This document shows positions 36,649 through 38,420 of a DNA stretch of 38,420 nucleotides, piece by piece. The stretch is from Acidimicrobiia bacterium (GTDB lineage: Bacteria; Actinomycetota; Acidimicrobiia; Spongiisociales; UBA5794). How positions within the stretch are numbered: position 1 is the stretch's first letter; every line of letters starts with the position of its first letter. A program made the position numbers and the translations under genes. Below the pieces are notes generated by a model that was given only the letters and a program-made list of their open reading frames with translations, was not told the DNA's origin and did no database searches. The stretch spans positions 1 to 38,420 of the forward strand of contig JALVQZ010000125.1 of NCBI GenBank assembly GCA_027036355.1. Direction: 5' to 3'.

Positions 36649-37518
36649 TCAGCCGTCGGTGACCGCCGCGCTGCGGACGGCATCCGCGTACCGGTCGAGG
36701 CGTTCGACGATGGCCGGTTCCGGGTCCGGCGGCAGTGAGAGGACGGCCCGGGCGATCCCTCGTTCGGCCAGGCCGGTGAGGATCTCCGGGTCGGCAGGGA
36801 CGCCGAACATCCCGAGCTCGACGTCGTCGCGGGGTCGTCCGGCGGCTTCGAGCGCGTCTCCGAGCTGTTCGAGCTTCGCGTCGTCGATGCCGTGGCGGCC
36901 GTAGATCGGCATCCATCCGTCGCAGAACTCGGCGATGTGGGCGAACGTCTTGGGACCCGCTCCGCCGCCCATCACGATCGGTGGGTGAGGATCCTGCACC
37001 GGCTTGGGCCAAGCCCAGCTCGGCTCGAAGTCGACGTACGTGCCGTGGAACTCCGCGACGTCCTTCGTCCACAGCTCCTTCATCGCCAGGATTTTCTCCC
37101 GCAGGATGTCGCGGCGGTACCGGAACGGGATCCCGTGGTCCTCCACCTCTTCGCGGTTCCAGCCATACCCGATCCCGAACACGAACCGCCCGTCCGACAG
37201 CGTGTCCAGCGAGGCGACCTCCTTGGCCAGCCACAGCGGGTCGCGCTGGGCCACCAGGGTGATGCCGGAGCAGAGCCGGATCGTGGACGTCGCCGCGGCC
37301 GCGGCGCCGAGGGCCACGAACTGATCGTGGGTTCGCCAGTACATCTCGGGCAGCGGCGGAGCGTCCTTCTGCCCACCCCACGGGGTCTTGCGGCTGACCG
37401 GGATGTGACTGTGCTCGGGGAACCACAGGGATTCGAAGCCGCGGTCCTCGGCGGCGACGGCCAGCGCCACCGGCTGGATGGCGGTGTCGGTGGGGAACAT
37501 CATGACCCCGACGTGCAT
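36649..37518 (-). CDS. LLM class F420-dependent oxidoreductase (Rv2161c-like)
   Basis: AEDRGFESLWFPEHSHIP, LAKEVASLD.LS.GRF..G.GYGWN.EE, PKPVQ.PHPP. Confidence 0.9.
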   Translation of the reverse strand: MHVGVMMFPTDTAIQPVALAVAAEDRGFESLWFPEHSHIPVSRKTPWGGQKDAPPLPEMYWRTHDQFVALGAAAAATSTIRLCSGITLVAQRDPLWLAKEVASLDTLSDGRFVFGIGYGWNREEVEDHGIPFRYRRDILREKILAMKELWTKDVAEFHGTYVDFEPSWAWPKPVQDPHPPIVMGGGAGPKTFAHIAEFCDGWMPIYGRHGIDDAKLEQLGDALEAAGRPRDDVELGMFGVPADPEILTGLAERGIARAVLSLPPDPEPAIVERLDRYADAVRSAAVTDG

Positions 37519-37552
37519 GTCTCCTCCTCCGGTGATGATCGGGAACGTTCGT

Positions 37553-38420
37553 TCAGGCGACGCCGGCCTCGTCGAGGAGCGTCGGGATGTACTCGGCGAA
37601 GCCCTCGCGGAGCGACGCCGGCGAGAACCCGAGCTGTTGGGTCGCCTTCGTGTGGTCGCCCAGGTAGGTGACCCCGGCGGCGACCCGCAGGCTCTCGGCC
37701 TGTCCGGCCAACGGCGGGACGACCCTGGCCAGCGCGCCGACGGTCCCTGCGATGGCCTTCGTCGCCGGGACCGGGATCTGGAACCGTGGCGGGTTCGTGC
37801 CGGCGATCTCGGCTGCCAGGGCCAGGGCGCCGGACAGCGATTCGGGCGGTCCCGCCACGATGTACGACTCGCCGGCGACGCCGCGGTCCATGGCGAGGCG
37901 ATGCGCCGTCGCCGTGTCCGCCACGGTCGCCCAGCAGTAGGCGTTGCCGGCGGGCACGGCGGGAAGACGGCCGCGGAGGGCCCGGGTGAGGACGTCGGCG
38001 ATGGCCGAGTGGTCGCGCGGCCCGTAGATCGCCCCGGGCATGACGACGACCAGCGGCAGGCCCCGCTCCATCATGGGTTCGGCGACGAGCCGGTGCGCCT
38101 CCCACTTCGTCCGGTCGTAGTGGCTCAGGTGGGGACCGTCGTAGCGGTAGGACTCGTCGACGATCTGCCCGTGGGTGTCGGAGTTGATCGCCAACGTGCT
38201 CGTGTAGACCCCTCTGGGGATCTCGAGTTCCGCCATGAGCTCGAGGACGTTGCGGGTCCCCGCGACGTTGACCGCCTCCAGCGGTGCCGGGTCTCGGACG
38301 CCGATCCGGTAGACGCCGGCGACGTGGAAGACGCCGTCGACGCCGCGCATCGGTTCGCGCATTGAGTCCTTGTCGGTGACGTCCCCGCGGTGGACCTCGG
38401 CGCCGAGGTCCACCGCGGGG
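37553..38420 (-). CDS. NAD-dependent epimerase/dehydratase, 5' end beyond window
   Basis: GDVTD, VFHVAG, NV.GTRNV, YTST, YDRTK (YxxxK), PGAIYGP. Confidence 0.88.
   Translation of the reverse strand, partial: PAVDLGAEVHRGDVTDKDSMREPMRGVDGVFHVAGVYRIGVRDPAPLEAVNVAGTRNVLELMAELEIPRGVYTSTLAINSDTHGQIVDESYRYDGPHLSHYDRTKWEAHRLVAEPMMERGLPLVVVMPGAIYGPRDHSAIADVLTRALRGRLPAVPAGNAYCWATVADTATAHRLAMDRGVAGESYIVAGPPESLSGALALAAEIAGTNPPRFQIPVPATKAIAGTVGALARVVPPLAGQAESLRVAAGVTYLGDHTKATQQLGFSPASLREGFAEYIPTLLDEAGVA

Overview
High-GC window, most consistent with an actinobacterium (actinobacterial-type FlgN and PcrA, an F420-type LLM oxidoreductase and near-leaderless genes). An Acidimicrobiia-like lineage is my guess and is not proven. 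Bases 1-28.5 kb are a monoderm-type flagellar/signalling cluster: fliI'-fliJ-SLT-fliK-flgD, flbD-motAB-fliL, fliM-fliN-fliOPQR, flhB-flhA-FlhF-like-small membrane protein, an HD-GYP gene, a second FlgN, flgN-flgK-flgL-fliW-csrA, a degenerate GGDEF gene, flgE-flbD2-REC-HK-HK and a CheA-REC hybrid. Bases 28.5-38.4 kb are housekeeping genes (pcrA, peroxiredoxin, nitronate monooxygenase, SdpI-like, B12-binding domain, sucCD, LysE, LLM-F420, epimerase). The most striking signals are non-coding. (i) Nine sigma28/FliA/WhiG-type promoters, all T[T/A/C][A/C][A/C]-N15-GCCGA, fill the larger intergenic gaps. (ii) Five of the resulting leaders carry tandem hairpins with ANGGA loops (CsrA-type sites), pointing to a CsrA/FliW regulon over hook, stator, export-gate and c-di-GMP genes rather than only flagellin. 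(iii) A mirror layout pairs each of two flgN paralogs back-to-back with a c-di-GMP-domain gene. Several components look like pseudo-enzymes: FlhF without a P-loop, a FliY-like domain without ExxN, and GGDEF changed to DERTF with an intact I-site. No RNA genes, CRISPR or mobile elements were seen. All calls are by eye, with no database searches.
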